The notes beneath the pieces were generated by a model. The model was not told the origin of the DNA and made no database searches. It saw only the letters and a list, made by a program, of their open reading frames with translations. From a virus (lineage: Duplodnaviria; Caudoviricetes), in IMG/VR virus record IMGVR_UViG_3300011115_000141, positions 1 through 59,718 of that record: a stretch of 59,718 bases of DNA. One strand, 5' to 3'. Position numbers and translations under genes: made by a program. Positions 35,615-46,200 of this stretch are shown here, one piece after another. The first letter of the stretch is position 1. Every line of letters begins with the position of its first letter.

Positions 35615-37744
35615 TTAGCTGCGGGTCACCTTGACACCTTCAGGTATTGCTACCCCAGCCGTAGAAGCCATTGTAGCGGGAACGTCCAAACCAAACAAGC
35701 CAAAATAATAGTTTGTAAGTTCTTTGCGTTTTGCCGCTTCTGTACCGGGCTGCGGCATGCTGCCTTCCATGGTTTTTCTCCAGCTTTCCAAATCGCGGTC
35801 AATGAGCGTTGCGGCTTTTAAGCGATCGGCCATACGACCCTTTTCCCCAGACGCAATGTACGCGGCATCTGCTTCGGCTTTCTTTCCAAGAGAGCCGTAG
35901 TACTTACTCATGATGTCTTTGTACTCAAGGTCAGTCTCAGCCTTCTCACGCTCTTTCTTAGCGCCCAAAGTCTGAATACCCGCTTCGCCCAAAGCAGTCA
36001 TAAAGTTGGGAGACTTGTTGGCCAACAAACTTAAACCCAACATCAACAAGTCATCGTTGCCAAAACCTTTGCGCTCTTTGGCAGGTGTGGTTTCTTTTGC
36101 GGCTGCAATTAAATCGGAAGGTTTGGGCGCGGCATCTGCGGGGGGTAGTGTCGTATCGTATGTACCCGAAACAGACTCTCCCATTTCTGGTTGAGTTCTT
36201 CCTCCAAACAAGCCTTTAACTTTTTCTTCGGCCAGTTGTGTACCCGCCAGTGCTTTAGCAGTGTTAGCCACTTTAGCCGCATCCAAAGCACGGGCGTTAG
36301 GGCCAGCGGCAATGGCTTCTTCCGTTGTACGGGCAAGCTTTGAGGTTAAATTTGCCGCATCTATAGATTGCTCTGCGGCTTTGGCCGCTTGCACATCTTG
36401 CTCCACACCACGGGCACGACGGGCTGCTTCTGCAGCAGCACGAGTTGCTTGAGACGCCTCATCAAGCGCTTCCAGTCCAGCCTTGGCAGGAGGTAACAGA
36501 CGCTGTGTTTCTGCAATTTGTTTGGCTTTCTCAGCGTTGGCAATCATCTCAGGCGTAGCCTCTAGTGCTTTAGACGCCTGACCAACAGCGCGGTTTGCTG
36601 TACTGATGGGGGAAGTAAATCCACTTAAAGCATTGAACGTATTGGCAATGTTGCGCTGGTACTCTAAAGGAACGCCCATAGTGTCAGCAAGCCGGCCAAA
36701 GTATGAGTTCTGTTGATCGTAAGTAGAAGCAGGCGCTGGTGTGCGTTGGCCGGGGATTTGAGCGGATAAGTCTGGGGCTGCTTGCGGTTGCGCAGCTTGT
36801 GCCGTACCAATAGGTACAGCCGAGGCCATCTTTGTAGAGAAAGTCTGCATAACTTCGCCGACTGTCTTCTTACCATCACCAAACAACTTAGAGTTACTCT
36901 TAATAATGTTGTCAGCATTTTTGGGATCGGCTGCTTTAAGCGCCTGCGCCATCGTCATGCTAGGGTCAGCTTGTAATAAGCGTGAACCTGTAGGGCGGCC
37001 AAGTACGTGAGTTGCGTACAGTTCTTCTGGGGCAATTTCTCGATTTAATTGCTTGCGTAAAGCTGCGGCGTCTTCTCCCAAAACCTTAGCGCCCACCCGC
37101 ACGTTTTCAAACGGATCTTTACGTTTAGCCGGATCACCACCACCCTTGACAAAGGTGCGGTTAATCAGTTGCATCAAGCCTTGGGCGGACGATGTCTTGC
37201 TCTGAGCGTCAACTTTGCCGCCGCTTTCCGCTTGAATAACTGCACGAAGCGCGGCTGGGGAGATGCCGTTAAGTTTGGCTTGCTCGTCAATGTATGCGTC
37301 CAAGTCACGAGGTACCGCTACGCCTTTTGCATAGCCGGGCACACCACCGCCAGCCATGCGAAGTACAGGCTCGCTACGCTGGGCAAAGTCATACATACCG
37401 CCCTGCGCCATACCATTCTGTCTAGGAACATCATCACCATCGCCGTAGCCGGCAATACCACCATCCGCCATGCGTTGCATGTTAGGGGCTGGAAGCATAC
37501 CAATGCCTTGGTTTTCTGGAAGCTGACCCATCTGTGCTAACGCGGCGTCAGCTACTTTGGGCTGGGGCATTCCCCCCATCTGAGCTTGCGCGGCTTGGCG
37601 CATCTGCTTGCGACGGCCATCTTCAGAGATGATAAGCGGCAGAACGTACGGGTCGTTCTTGTGCATCATAGCCATCTGCTTCAATGCAGCATCGGGCAAC
37701 ATCGCCATTTGCGATGTCAGTTTTTCAGCGTTTGGAAGTGCCAT
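35615..37744 (-). CDS. Internal virion protein with lytic transglycosylase (SLT) domain
   Basis: AVIQAESGG...SSAQGLMQLI...DPFENVRVGA. Confidence 0.8.
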   Translation of the reverse strand: MALPNAEKLTSQMAMLPDAALKQMAMMHKNDPYVLPLIISEDGRRKQMRQAAQAQMGGMPQPKVADAALAQMGQLPENQGIGMLPAPNMQRMADGGIAGYGDGDDVPRQNGMAQGGMYDFAQRSEPVLRMAGGGVPGYAKGVAVPRDLDAYIDEQAKLNGISPAALRAVIQAESGGKVDAQSKTSSAQGLMQLINRTFVKGGGDPAKRKDPFENVRVGAKVLGEDAAALRKQLNREIAPEELYATHVLGRPTGSRLLQADPSMTMAQALKAADPKNADNIIKSNSKLFGDGKKTVGEVMQTFSTKMASAVPIGTAQAAQPQAAPDLSAQIPGQRTPAPASTYDQQNSYFGRLADTMGVPLEYQRNIANTFNALSGFTSPISTANRAVGQASKALEATPEMIANAEKAKQIAETQRLLPPAKAGLEALDEASQATRAAAEAARRARGVEQDVQAAKAAEQSIDAANLTSKLARTTEEAIAAGPNARALDAAKVANTAKALAGTQLAEEKVKGLFGGRTQPEMGESVSGTYDTTLPPADAAPKPSDLIAAAKETTPAKERKGFGNDDLLMLGLSLLANKSPNFMTALGEAGIQTLGAKKEREKAETDLEYKDIMSKYYGSLGKKAEADAAYIASGEKGRMADRLKAATLIDRDLESWRKTMEGSMPQPGTEAAKRKELTNYYFGLFGLDVPATMASTAGVAIPEGVKVTRS

Positions 37745-37749
37745 GTTCT

Positions 37750-38841
37750 TTAGCCCATGTTGTAAATTGCAAGATCAGCCAGACCAGCAGGCTTGTCTCT
37801 ATACGCGACGTCCTCAACCGCGCCGCCCTTGGCAAACGCGCCAATTGCTTTACCTGTTAGTGCCAAGCCTGCCGCTTGTTGAACCATTGACGGCGGCTGC
37901 TGATACATTGTCTGCGACTGCTGAGTCAAAGGCAAACCGCGAATCATGTCAGACATGAAACCCAATTGTTTATATGGGTAGTTCTGATAGTTCAGGAAGT
38001 CTTGGTACTCAGTGTTCAGGGCGTTTTGCATCTGCTGTTGTTGCTGAGCACCAAAACGATTCTGAACATCTAAAAGACCAAGGTTCTGACCATACTGTGT
38101 CTGACCAATATCCGCCAAAGACTTAGCGCCTGTCATAGCTGTCTGCAAACCTTGAAGTCCCAGCCCTGCGCCAAACTGTTGCTGCTGAGCGTTAAGTTGC
38201 TGTCCTGCTAAGTTTTGCGCTTGAGACTGATTAAATTGCTGCATCGCTTGTTGGTAAGCGTCTTGCAGTCCCTTGGCTTGAATGTCACCCTTTTGACGGG
38301 CTAAGTTACCTGCGGCTTGGGAGCGCATAAGGAAGTCGCCGCTGCCACCAAACGCGCCTGCACGAGCAGCCTGCGCACCCTGCGCTTGACGTGCAATATC
38401 ACCTTGCCGCTGTGCATCCGCTTGTTGCCTTGCAACAACAGTGTCCATATAAGGGGACATGTATTGGCCAACTGCGCCTGTACCAGCTTGAAACTTACCA
38501 CTTGCATCGTAGCCGGGAGCGGCGTTTGCACCACTTGTAAACTGCTGTGTCTGGTATGGATTAAACGTGTACTGCGTATTGAGTGCGCCAAGACCTGCCA
38601 TACCCGCCATAGCGGTGGCATCGCCTAATTGGGGGGCAGTCTGCATCAACCCAGCGTTCTCAAAGGACTGCTGTTGCAAAGGCGTAAACTGCGCCTGACG
38701 ATCCCGCATGTACTGCATGTACGGGGTTTGGTCGATATCAGTTTGTAACTGTGCGTCGGCTAACAGTTTTTCTGCAAAAGGAGCTATAACAGGCGCAAAA
38801 CCTGTTTGGTACTCTTGTATTTGTGTTGGGGTCGTTGCCAT
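37750..38841 (-). CDS. Internal virion/DNA-transfer (pilot) protein, Q/A/G-rich
   Basis: Composition, GAFGGS motif and position among ejection genes. Confidence 0.6.
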   Translation of the reverse strand: MATTPTQIQEYQTGFAPVIAPFAEKLLADAQLQTDIDQTPYMQYMRDRQAQFTPLQQQSFENAGLMQTAPQLGDATAMAGMAGLGALNTQYTFNPYQTQQFTSGANAAPGYDASGKFQAGTGAVGQYMSPYMDTVVARQQADAQRQGDIARQAQGAQAARAGAFGGSGDFLMRSQAAGNLARQKGDIQAKGLQDAYQQAMQQFNQSQAQNLAGQQLNAQQQQFGAGLGLQGLQTAMTGAKSLADIGQTQYGQNLGLLDVQNRFGAQQQQQMQNALNTEYQDFLNYQNYPYKQLGFMSDMIRGLPLTQQSQTMYQQPPSMVQQAAGLALTGKAIGAFAKGGAVEDVAYRDKPAGLADLAIYNMG

Positions 38842-38851
38842 GATCTATTCC

Positions 38852-41701
38852 TTATGCGGGAAGATATTTGTCAGCGCGGCTATTGGCCGCTACTTTGTTT
38901 TTGCCTGTGGTTTTACCTCGTGCACGTTGCACACGATCCATCATGGCATAGAGTTTTTTAGCGCCTGCATCTGTAGAGCCGTTACCCAACTCGGACACGA
39001 TACGTGCGGGAATCACAAACTCACCATCGGCAAGGCGTGCGGGCTGCTGTTTAGCGCCGATCGTTGCAGGGATGCTGTCAGACACGCCGTCTCCGGGGCC
39101 TTTGAGCAAACGACCGCCATCTGAGTAAGAACCGAGTGAGCCTAGACCGCCGCCCATGGCGTAGCCACCCGCAGCCATGTTTTTAGAACGGTAGTTTAGT
39201 TTGCCGCGGGAATAGTACCCGCCTACAGCATCATCGCCAGCGCTATCGCCATCATCGCCCGGAGGAGCGGCGGGGGGAGCCGCAGTAGACACGGGGCTCA
39301 TGGACACATCAGGGATACTGTCGTTAGGTGGCGCTGGATTAAAACCGGAAATACTGTTTGAATTGTTACCTCCGGATGGGCCTGTTGGCCCATCGCCGCC
39401 GCCTGCATTAGCAGCGTTAGCCAAAGCTGCGGCAGTTAGATAGCCTTCGTAGTCACCCGTAAACGCCCGACCGCCTGCTTTGCCATACATCAAGTAGTGC
39501 TCGTAGCCAGACGTAAAGCGTGTAGGCTGGCCTGATGCGGACTTGCCTGTTTTCAACTCAGCCGCAACATCAGGGTTGGCCGCAAGGTACTCGGCTTCAT
39601 TGAAGTAAGTCTGTGGCTGACCGGGCACGCCCGTAACTGTCTTTGTAGTGGCTGTTGTAGCTACGGGCTTTGTCATCTTTCTACCCAACACAGCCTCGTC
39701 ATACCGCTGCATCACAGGTCTATCCCTTGTTTCTGCTTTACGTTGCGTTAAATTCTTACCCTTGCCCATCAGGAAGTTGTACGCATCCAACGAGTCATCC
39801 GTCAGCTTGTTGTACATCGCATTATGTTCAGCCGCAGTTTTAGGTACTGGGGCTGTGTAGCCCAGACTACCGCCACCTGCCGTGTATGCGCTTTTTACTG
39901 CATCCATGCCTGTAAACCCGCCGTATGGACGACCGGGAATGTTAGGCACAACTGTACGAGTGCCGTCCGGATTTGTAATGATATCGCCGGGTGTAGCAAT
40001 AGATACTTCGCGGCCAAGGTAGTCTGTGCCAGTTTTATTCCCAGAACCGTAGTTGCCAAACGCGCCGTTATCATACACAGTAGCGCCGGGCATTTGTGTG
40101 CCGCCGGGGACTACACTAATTGGAGCTTGGACAACAGGAGGTTTTACTTTAGTATCGGGGAATAGCTCGGCCAAGGTCTTGCCTGTAGCAGCGCTTAAGT
40201 CTTTTGCGCTCATGCCGATGCGGTTCATCTCAGTCAGCGCAGCTTCGCGTGCTTGCTGACCTGTCATATTTCCTGCGGCAATTTGGTTTTGCAGACCTTG
40301 CGCAGCGTAGTTGATGTTAGCGTACAGACCTTCCAAGCCGCCTTGATCGCCGGGCAAATCGCCGGGTTTGTAACCAATCTGGTTGTAAAAATTTGTTCCC
40401 GTAATGGGAGCAGTGTCAGCTAATCCGTGCGTAGAAGCGTACTGCGCCGCTTGGGACATACCCGCGCCTTGCATGGCGTTAGCCAGTGCTTGGTTTTGCA
40501 AGCCTACATCGGATGTAGCGCCAAGGAATTCCTGCGCACTAGTGGTAGGAGTGGCAACAGCTTGTGCAAAGCGACGTTCATAGTCGCCTTGCTGAGCACC
40601 AGTTCCTGTGATGCGTGCAATGTCAGCCGCAGACACGTTGTATGTCTGCATGTCTTTGGCAATTTGCGCATCTAGTGCGCCAGAGCCTAGCTTAGACTGG
40701 TCAAGCCCTTTGAAGTAGTTAAACACGTCTTGGTCGCCAACAAGCATTCCGTTAGCATAGCCGGGAATACCACCATCCGCCAAAGCCACAATACCGCCTG
40801 TCGCCATAGGAGTTGGCTGTTGCTGTGGTGGCTGGTTTAAAGACCCTACCCCAAGTTCATACGGATTCTGATTTTGATTTTGATTTTGTTTGTAAAATAG
40901 ATCGCGCTGGCCTTGGAATGTTTTGTTTCCAAACTCACTGGCTTTGACAGGAGCCATTTCAACTCGGCCATACAAAGGATCGGGCCTGCCGGTATCTGGG
41001 TTGATGTTGTACGCCATCTGCCGGATATAACCAGTGTCTTTTGGATCAGGTAGTTTTGTGGTCGTGGGAACCATCATGCCTGCTGCAATTGGTGCGGCGG
41101 CGTAAGCTAAGTTGCCAAGATTGCCTTTGGCAAAATCCATTGCGGCTGTGGGGCTTGCTATTGCTTTATTAAACCCAGCGGAGACCGCGCCTGAAGGGGT
41201 CATGCGTGTAACGGCGTCTTTTGTGAACTGCTCTGCCACCTGCGCAGGCATGGCTTCGCCCAACGCTAAATTCGCACCGCTCAACTGTTGTTGTGCCGTA
41301 GTCGCAGCATTAGCCGCACTCATCCCCCCACCAGCAGTCATCAAGCTATCGCCCAGACCAGCGCCCCCATACGCACCCAATCCGGCCATGAGTCCGCGAG
41401 ACAAACTGCCGGTAGCCAAAGTAGTAATACCGCCCGTAGTAAGCCCAGCCATCATAGATGACATACCAAAACCCGCAGGGCCAAGGAAAGCGCCAAGGGC
41501 AATAGGGGCAATAGACTTAAACAAGTCAGACAAAAGCCCAGCTTCGGGTAAACCCGTAACAGGATTGATGGTTAGCGTTGTGCCATTGGCTTGGGCAAAC
41601 TTTTGTAGGTTCCGGACTTCGTCCGGCGTCATGTGGATCAATAAAGAATCATCGCCACGGCCTTGCTTGGCAACCATGTCGGCAAACTTATGTAGGCTCA
41701 T
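38852..41701 (-). CDS. Internal virion protein
   Basis: GRGDDSLLIHM..TINPVTGLPEA N-terminus; GPGDGVSDSIPA..RLADGEFVIP C-terminus; G/A-rich. Confidence 0.65.
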   Translation of the reverse strand: MSLHKFADMVAKQGRGDDSLLIHMTPDEVRNLQKFAQANGTTLTINPVTGLPEAGLLSDLFKSIAPIALGAFLGPAGFGMSSMMAGLTTGGITTLATGSLSRGLMAGLGAYGGAGLGDSLMTAGGGMSAANAATTAQQQLSGANLALGEAMPAQVAEQFTKDAVTRMTPSGAVSAGFNKAIASPTAAMDFAKGNLGNLAYAAAPIAAGMMVPTTTKLPDPKDTGYIRQMAYNINPDTGRPDPLYGRVEMAPVKASEFGNKTFQGQRDLFYKQNQNQNQNPYELGVGSLNQPPQQQPTPMATGGIVALADGGIPGYANGMLVGDQDVFNYFKGLDQSKLGSGALDAQIAKDMQTYNVSAADIARITGTGAQQGDYERRFAQAVATPTTSAQEFLGATSDVGLQNQALANAMQGAGMSQAAQYASTHGLADTAPITGTNFYNQIGYKPGDLPGDQGGLEGLYANINYAAQGLQNQIAAGNMTGQQAREAALTEMNRIGMSAKDLSAATGKTLAELFPDTKVKPPVVQAPISVVPGGTQMPGATVYDNGAFGNYGSGNKTGTDYLGREVSIATPGDIITNPDGTRTVVPNIPGRPYGGFTGMDAVKSAYTAGGGSLGYTAPVPKTAAEHNAMYNKLTDDSLDAYNFLMGKGKNLTQRKAETRDRPVMQRYDEAVLGRKMTKPVATTATTKTVTGVPGQPQTYFNEAEYLAANPDVAAELKTGKSASGQPTRFTSGYEHYLMYGKAGGRAFTGDYEGYLTAAALANAANAGGGDGPTGPSGGNNSNSISGFNPAPPNDSIPDVSMSPVSTAAPPAAPPGDDGDSAGDDAVGGYYSRGKLNYRSKNMAAGGYAMGGGLGSLGSYSDGGRLLKGPGDGVSDSIPATIGAKQQPARLADGEFVIPARIVSELGNGSTDAGAKKLYAMMDRVQRARGKTTGKNKVAANSRADKYLPA

Positions 41702-41735
41702 TTTTGCCTCTCAAAATGGGGGTTGTTTGATAATA

Positions 41736-42377
41736 TCATGCTGGAAGCGCAGACACAAATGAAAGTGTAGCTACAACGGATTGCGTAGAAGGCTTAGTGG
41801 GCGTGCCGGAAGCGGCCAAATGTTGGATAGTTACATCTATCGTAGGCACAGACCAGTAAATCTCAACGTGGTCACCTGCGGCCATATTTAAAAAGTAGTT
41901 CCAGCCAACAATTTGATGACCGTCTGTGCCCGCGTGTCTGTTTGGGATAGACACAAAACCAGTTGACCCCGGAATATCCACATCGTTTTGCTTAAGCCAG
42001 ATATAGACATCTTGGAAGGCTATGTCTGTGTTTCTAAACTGAGCGCTGAACTGCAGGTTGTATATACCAGCGTACTCCACAGTAATCTCAGAGTTGTTAA
42101 TCCTTACGCTATCAGCAAAGTCAGTGGTGTTGAATGTCATCAACGTTGCGGTGTTGGCTGCAGCCGTCTGGTCTTGGTCGCTAGAAAACGCTCCGTATGG
42201 ATTTGACACGTACTTACCACCCGTCGGGCCGAACAGTTCCCCAAACGCATTTTGCAGTTGGTTAAAGTAAAGACGCAAAACGTTCGTAAACTGATCCTGA
42301 TACCTGCGCTCGTACGTGTCCGTGCCCAGTGGTAAATTGGGCGGTGCGGGGGTGATGATCCTGTTCTTGGATGTCAT
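41736..42377 (-). CDS. Putative tail-associated structural protein
   Basis: Beta-rich C-terminus (AGIYNLQFSAQ); coupled to the upstream tail gene. Confidence 0.55.
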   Translation of the reverse strand: MTSKNRIITPAPPNLPLGTDTYERRYQDQFTNVLRLYFNQLQNAFGELFGPTGGKYVSNPYGAFSSDQDQTAAANTATLMTFNTTDFADSVRINNSEITVEYAGIYNLQFSAQFRNTDIAFQDVYIWLKQNDVDIPGSTGFVSIPNRHAGTDGHQIVGWNYFLNMAAGDHVEIYWSVPTIDVTIQHLAASGTPTKPSTQSVVATLSFVSALPA

Positions 42378-44455
42378 TAACGTCTGCCGTCCGGCCTGAT
42401 GTCAATACGAGGTGCACCCAGTTGCCAAGCAGTGTTGATCTGGTTAGAACTGATCTTAAAGATCATCTGGCGACCGCGCATACGGGTGAATATCTGCCCT
42501 GTAAACTGCTCAGTAATAACGTAGGTACTACTCTTAGCCACGGGTTGTGAGGCTGTACTTGTAGCTCCTGAACCTGAATTAGCCAGACCATACAACGTCA
42601 TAGCTACAGACGGCACTGCGCCGGTTGGAGAGTTTGTAGAGTCTTCAAAAGTCAGATCAGGAAGTACGCGCCATACAAACCCAAAGTTGTGGCCATCGCC
42701 AATGTCAAACTCAGACGAGGAGATATACGCGTCAATAGGTGCAGTTGTAGCAGTTGCACTGTCGTTTAATCCATTTTCATGGTACACCACAAGCCCCGTA
42801 CCAGCAGCGCTGTCATAAGTTGTAGCCATTGGATATTCACGTAAACCAGAATCAAGCCAAGCTGTACGGTTCATTGTACCGTAATACCAAATTTTTTCTA
42901 AGTAGTTATAAATTACGTAGCGGTTATTCTGGGTAGCGTTGGCAGAACAGTAAAACCACCACACTTCGTTGAAGCCTTCATTGGTGCCGCACATAACTTG
43001 CGATGCTTGGCTTGTATTAAAGTCTTGGAATATAAAGCGGCGCAAGTCGCAGTTAAGTGTCTGCACACGGCCATCGTAGGAGTAGAACTTATCCACACCC
43101 ATCCAGTACACAACACCAGAGGCAATAACTGCTGCATTTTGCCCTTGGATAGAGATGTTGTCGCCAAGCAGTTGAGGTACCCAGACATAAGGGGGGCCAA
43201 GGTATTGAAGCGAATAGGCTGCAGAGTCAGTCAGAACAAAAACTTCTTGACGAGTCTGAACTATGGCCACAATCTCTGAGCCATGTGACACCCGCACAAA
43301 ACCTGCTTGATTAGTGGGGTCAGGCGTCCAGTTATAAATGTCGTCTTGTGCTGACCAGCGAATTAACATGGGGTCAATATCTGTAGAGCCGTAGTCGTTG
43401 GTGCCAAACACAATGATGAAGCGCGAAGAATCCGACACTGTCAAGGTATTCTGGACAATAGGACAGTCAACAATGTTTGACACAGCACCCGTGCCAGCAG
43501 AGGTTGTGTTGACCGCAGCACCTGCGCCGTCTAACAATTTAAACGTTAGGCCGTTGACTTCAAACACGTAATACGTTGTGCCTGCGGTAATACCGGTTGG
43601 CAAAGAGCCACCAGAGAATTGAAGTGCCGCGCCTTCTGTGTATAGGATGGTAGAAGTGACAACTGTCGGCGAAGCGTTTGTAAAGCTTACTGTACCGCCA
43701 AGTGTATTGAGGGCTACGCCTCGGGCATTGACTGTGCTTGTTGCATCCCAGTAGTAAAGGCCACCACCACGGGGGCCAAACACAAGGTCTTCACCGTAGT
43801 TAATCTGACTCCACAATCGAATTGGGAACAGCGTATTAGAACCAACACCCCAAGGCCCACTACCCCATGTACCACCGCCCCAGCCGGTTACGGGAACAGC
43901 AAAAGGTGCGCCAACGTTAATTTGGTAAGCGGCAACAACAGACGCACCGCCCGTAGAGCCAGCAGGGATAACTGTTGGTGCAGTAGATATAGTGTATGTA
44001 TTAACACCGGTAACAGTGATCTGAAACTGCGCGTTGTACGTAGTTGCGTACGTACCTGTAGCACCACTAAAAGTGACAAAATCTCCAGTAACACCGCCGT
44101 GTGCAGTGTCGGTTACGGTCACAGTAGTTGTGCCGTTGCCTGTAAACGGGTTGTTGTTAATTGTGCTGCTTGCCCGAATTGGCGTGATGTCAAAGTACAC
44201 GCCACCTTTTTCAATGTAGAACTTAAGGTTTGTACCAAGGCCAAGAAGGTTAGGGCCATTAAGCGTAATCCAATTCCACAACGACCGGCAAACTCCTAGA
44301 AACGTATTTGTAGAAAGTCGTGTCCAACCACCAATAATCTCTGGGTTGCCTTGGCGAAAGCGAATCTTGTCGCACTCATACCAGCCACCCTCGTTGGTGT
44401 AGCGAGTATTTTCCCGGTTGACGCCCGGCTTAAACAGAACTTTTTGTAATGGCAT
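42377..44455 (-). CDS. Tail hub/nozzle protein (P22 gp10 / tubular protein B-like)
   Basis: 692 aa beta-propeller-like (IRWS, VYWMG, EVWWFY), ends DIRPDGRR. Confidence 0.7.
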   Translation of the reverse strand: MPLQKVLFKPGVNRENTRYTNEGGWYECDKIRFRQGNPEIIGGWTRLSTNTFLGVCRSLWNWITLNGPNLLGLGTNLKFYIEKGGVYFDITPIRASSTINNNPFTGNGTTTVTVTDTAHGGVTGDFVTFSGATGTYATTYNAQFQITVTGVNTYTISTAPTVIPAGSTGGASVVAAYQINVGAPFAVPVTGWGGGTWGSGPWGVGSNTLFPIRLWSQINYGEDLVFGPRGGGLYYWDATSTVNARGVALNTLGGTVSFTNASPTVVTSTILYTEGAALQFSGGSLPTGITAGTTYYVFEVNGLTFKLLDGAGAAVNTTSAGTGAVSNIVDCPIVQNTLTVSDSSRFIIVFGTNDYGSTDIDPMLIRWSAQDDIYNWTPDPTNQAGFVRVSHGSEIVAIVQTRQEVFVLTDSAAYSLQYLGPPYVWVPQLLGDNISIQGQNAAVIASGVVYWMGVDKFYSYDGRVQTLNCDLRRFIFQDFNTSQASQVMCGTNEGFNEVWWFYCSANATQNNRYVIYNYLEKIWYYGTMNRTAWLDSGLREYPMATTYDSAAGTGLVVYHENGLNDSATATTAPIDAYISSSEFDIGDGHNFGFVWRVLPDLTFEDSTNSPTGAVPSVAMTLYGLANSGSGATSTASQPVAKSSTYVITEQFTGQIFTRMRGRQMIFKISSNQINTAWQLGAPRIDIRPDGRR

Positions 44456-44458
44456 CGG

Positions 44459-44917
44459 TCAATCCAGTAGGGCGCACTCAGCGGTACGCCGTTTAAGCAA
44501 GCCCGGCAATACCTTGCCGCCCCCTTTAGTCCAGAGCATTAGTTGTTCTTTTGCCCCTTCCCAATCATTGGCGTTGATTTTCCTCTTTAACGTGGAAGTC
44601 TGCAAGCGTCCAATGCCCAAGTTATAACAAAAATCCACGATGGCATTTAGCTTTCTTGGATCGCCTTGAGCCGCTAGTACCAGCAAATTTGGACAATGCC
44701 TGACCGCACCGGGTGCGTAGGTGTGCATAAGCTCAACCATCAAAAGCGCCCTAGCCGTGGGCTCGTCCATCGGTGGGTCTTCTAAAGTGACCTTGCGTTT
44801 GTCTGCGTAATAGGTAGAACCATAGCCAATTGTGGCTACGCCAGCCGGACAGAGGTAGGGCTTGGCCCGATACCCCTCAAACCGGCGGCACAGTTCAGCG
44901 GCTAACTCTAGGTTCAT
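44459..44917 (-). CDS. Endolysin, GH24 lysozyme
   Basis: FEG....PYLCPAGVATIGYG, AIVDFCYNLG, LPGLLKRR..E. Confidence 0.9.
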   Translation of the reverse strand: MNLELAAELCRRFEGYRAKPYLCPAGVATIGYGSTYYADKRKVTLEDPPMDEPTARALLMVELMHTYAPGAVRHCPNLLVLAAQGDPRKLNAIVDFCYNLGIGRLQTSTLKRKINANDWEGAKEQLMLWTKGGGKVLPGLLKRRTAECALLD

Positions 44918-45408
44918 ATGCCACGTTGCTTCAAGGTACGGTCTAAAAACCAATAATTTATTGTCCCAGACAGCAGGGCTGAAAAGTCAGGGGTCATCAT
45001 GGTCTTGAACACTTCTACGGCTGGCGCACCCGCAAGCCATGCGTTCCATGCAAACCAAACGTGAATAAACGACCAGACAAACAGCACCCAGTAAGTTACG
45101 ACTGGACGCACAGAAGCTGACAGACTAGCCACCCAACCGCCTGCGGCTTTGACCATCTCGGCTTGCTGAGTGATGGCATTGTTAAACGCATCCATTACGC
45201 CTACGTCCATGGCGGCTTCACGCTGTGCGCCAATCTCAGCCAACTTCTGCTGACCACGTAACGTTTCTAGTTCGCACTGACGGGCAAACATGGCAAGCTC
45301 ATGCTGACGCTCATTCTTCTTGTCAAAGAACTTCAGGACTTCAGGAGCCATGCGGAACAAGCCGCCAAAGATGGAGCCAAGCAAGCCCCCAGATAAAACT
45401 TCAAACAT
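44914..45408 (-). CDS. Putative holin (3TM type)
   Basis: Hydrophobic segments, SVRPVVTY and YWFLDR; coupled to the lysozyme. Confidence 0.6.
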   Translation of the reverse strand: MFEVLSGGLLGSIFGGLFRMAPEVLKFFDKKNERQHELAMFARQCELETLRGQQKLAEIGAQREAAMDVGVMDAFNNAITQQAEMVKAAGGWVASLSASVRPVVTYWVLFVWSFIHVWFAWNAWLAGAPAVEVFKTMMTPDFSALLSGTINYWFLDRTLKQRGI

Positions 45409-45410
45409 GC

Positions 45411-45671
45411 TTATTCTCCACAGTGTTTACATTTGTGATGGCTGTCGCCGTGCGAGAGCTTGACCCCCGCCAAGAGGCCAATAAATCCCCCGATGATCGT
45501 TTGAAACGCCGGGTGAAGCATACTGAAAATCTCTGCATTGTCCACTTCCTTGGCCCACAGACCGAGCAGAAACGCAACCACCATACCCAGCACAGACAAG
45601 CAAAGGGTAGCGGCTACCATCAGGGTTACAGAGTACGTCAATTTACCTACTACGTCTGGGTTCTCGTTCAT
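45411..45671 (-). CDS. Two-TM membrane protein in the lysis cluster
   Basis: Two hydrophobic helices. Confidence 0.6.
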   Translation of the reverse strand: MNENPDVVGKLTYSVTLMVAATLCLSVLGMVVAFLLGLWAKEVDNAEIFSMLHPAFQTIIGGFIGLLAGVKLSHGDSHHKCKHCGE

Positions 45672-45907
45672 ACAAGTATGTCCACTTTGCGGTTTGTAAA
45701 AATCTCAAGTCTAAGCTGGTTTTGTTCGGCCTTCTTCACATACAACTCAAACTCAAGATCATCAATTTTGTCCTTCACCTTCTTCATCTTCAGGGCTTGC
45801 TTGTATTCTTCTTCAAGCCTCTGTGTTCTGCGCTCAAGCGCGTCTGTTCTAGTCGGATAGTCGGCGACATCCAGCATTGGATACCACTTGTGGATTGGCG
45901 TAATCAC
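45668..45907 (-). CDS. Small coiled-coil protein
   Basis: Coupled ORF in the operon. Confidence 0.5.
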   Translation of the reverse strand: MITPIHKWYPMLDVADYPTRTDALERRTQRLEEEYKQALKMKKVKDKIDDLEFELYVKKAEQNQLRLEIFTNRKVDILV

Positions 45908-46194
45908 TTCTTTTCACGCTCAAGTGCCTCTTTGTACCCATGAATAATTAGTCCTCTGGTTTCTGCTGAATCGGCTGTACCCGCCCATTCTGCCAAATTG
46001 TTCCAGATAACCACGTAATCCTGTGATCGGCAATGCGCTGCATTGTTCTTTAGCCACGCGATCATTTGCTGATGGCGCTCTGATGGGTTGTGGATGGTGT
46101 AGCCAATCCCATAGAACTCGCGCACGTGGCAACCATTTTTGGCTACGGCTCCAACTAGCCCCAACAGCAGTAACAGCAGAAGGAGCCAGCGCAT
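45904..46194 (-). CDS. Exported/membrane-anchored small protein
   Basis: N-terminal MRWLLLLLLLLGLVGAVA signal-like sequence. Confidence 0.55.
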   Translation of the reverse strand: MRWLLLLLLLLGLVGAVAKNGCHVREFYGIGYTIHNPSERHQQMIAWLKNNAAHCRSQDYVVIWNNLAEWAGTADSAETRGLIIHGYKEALEREKK

Positions 46195-46200
46195 ACATAG

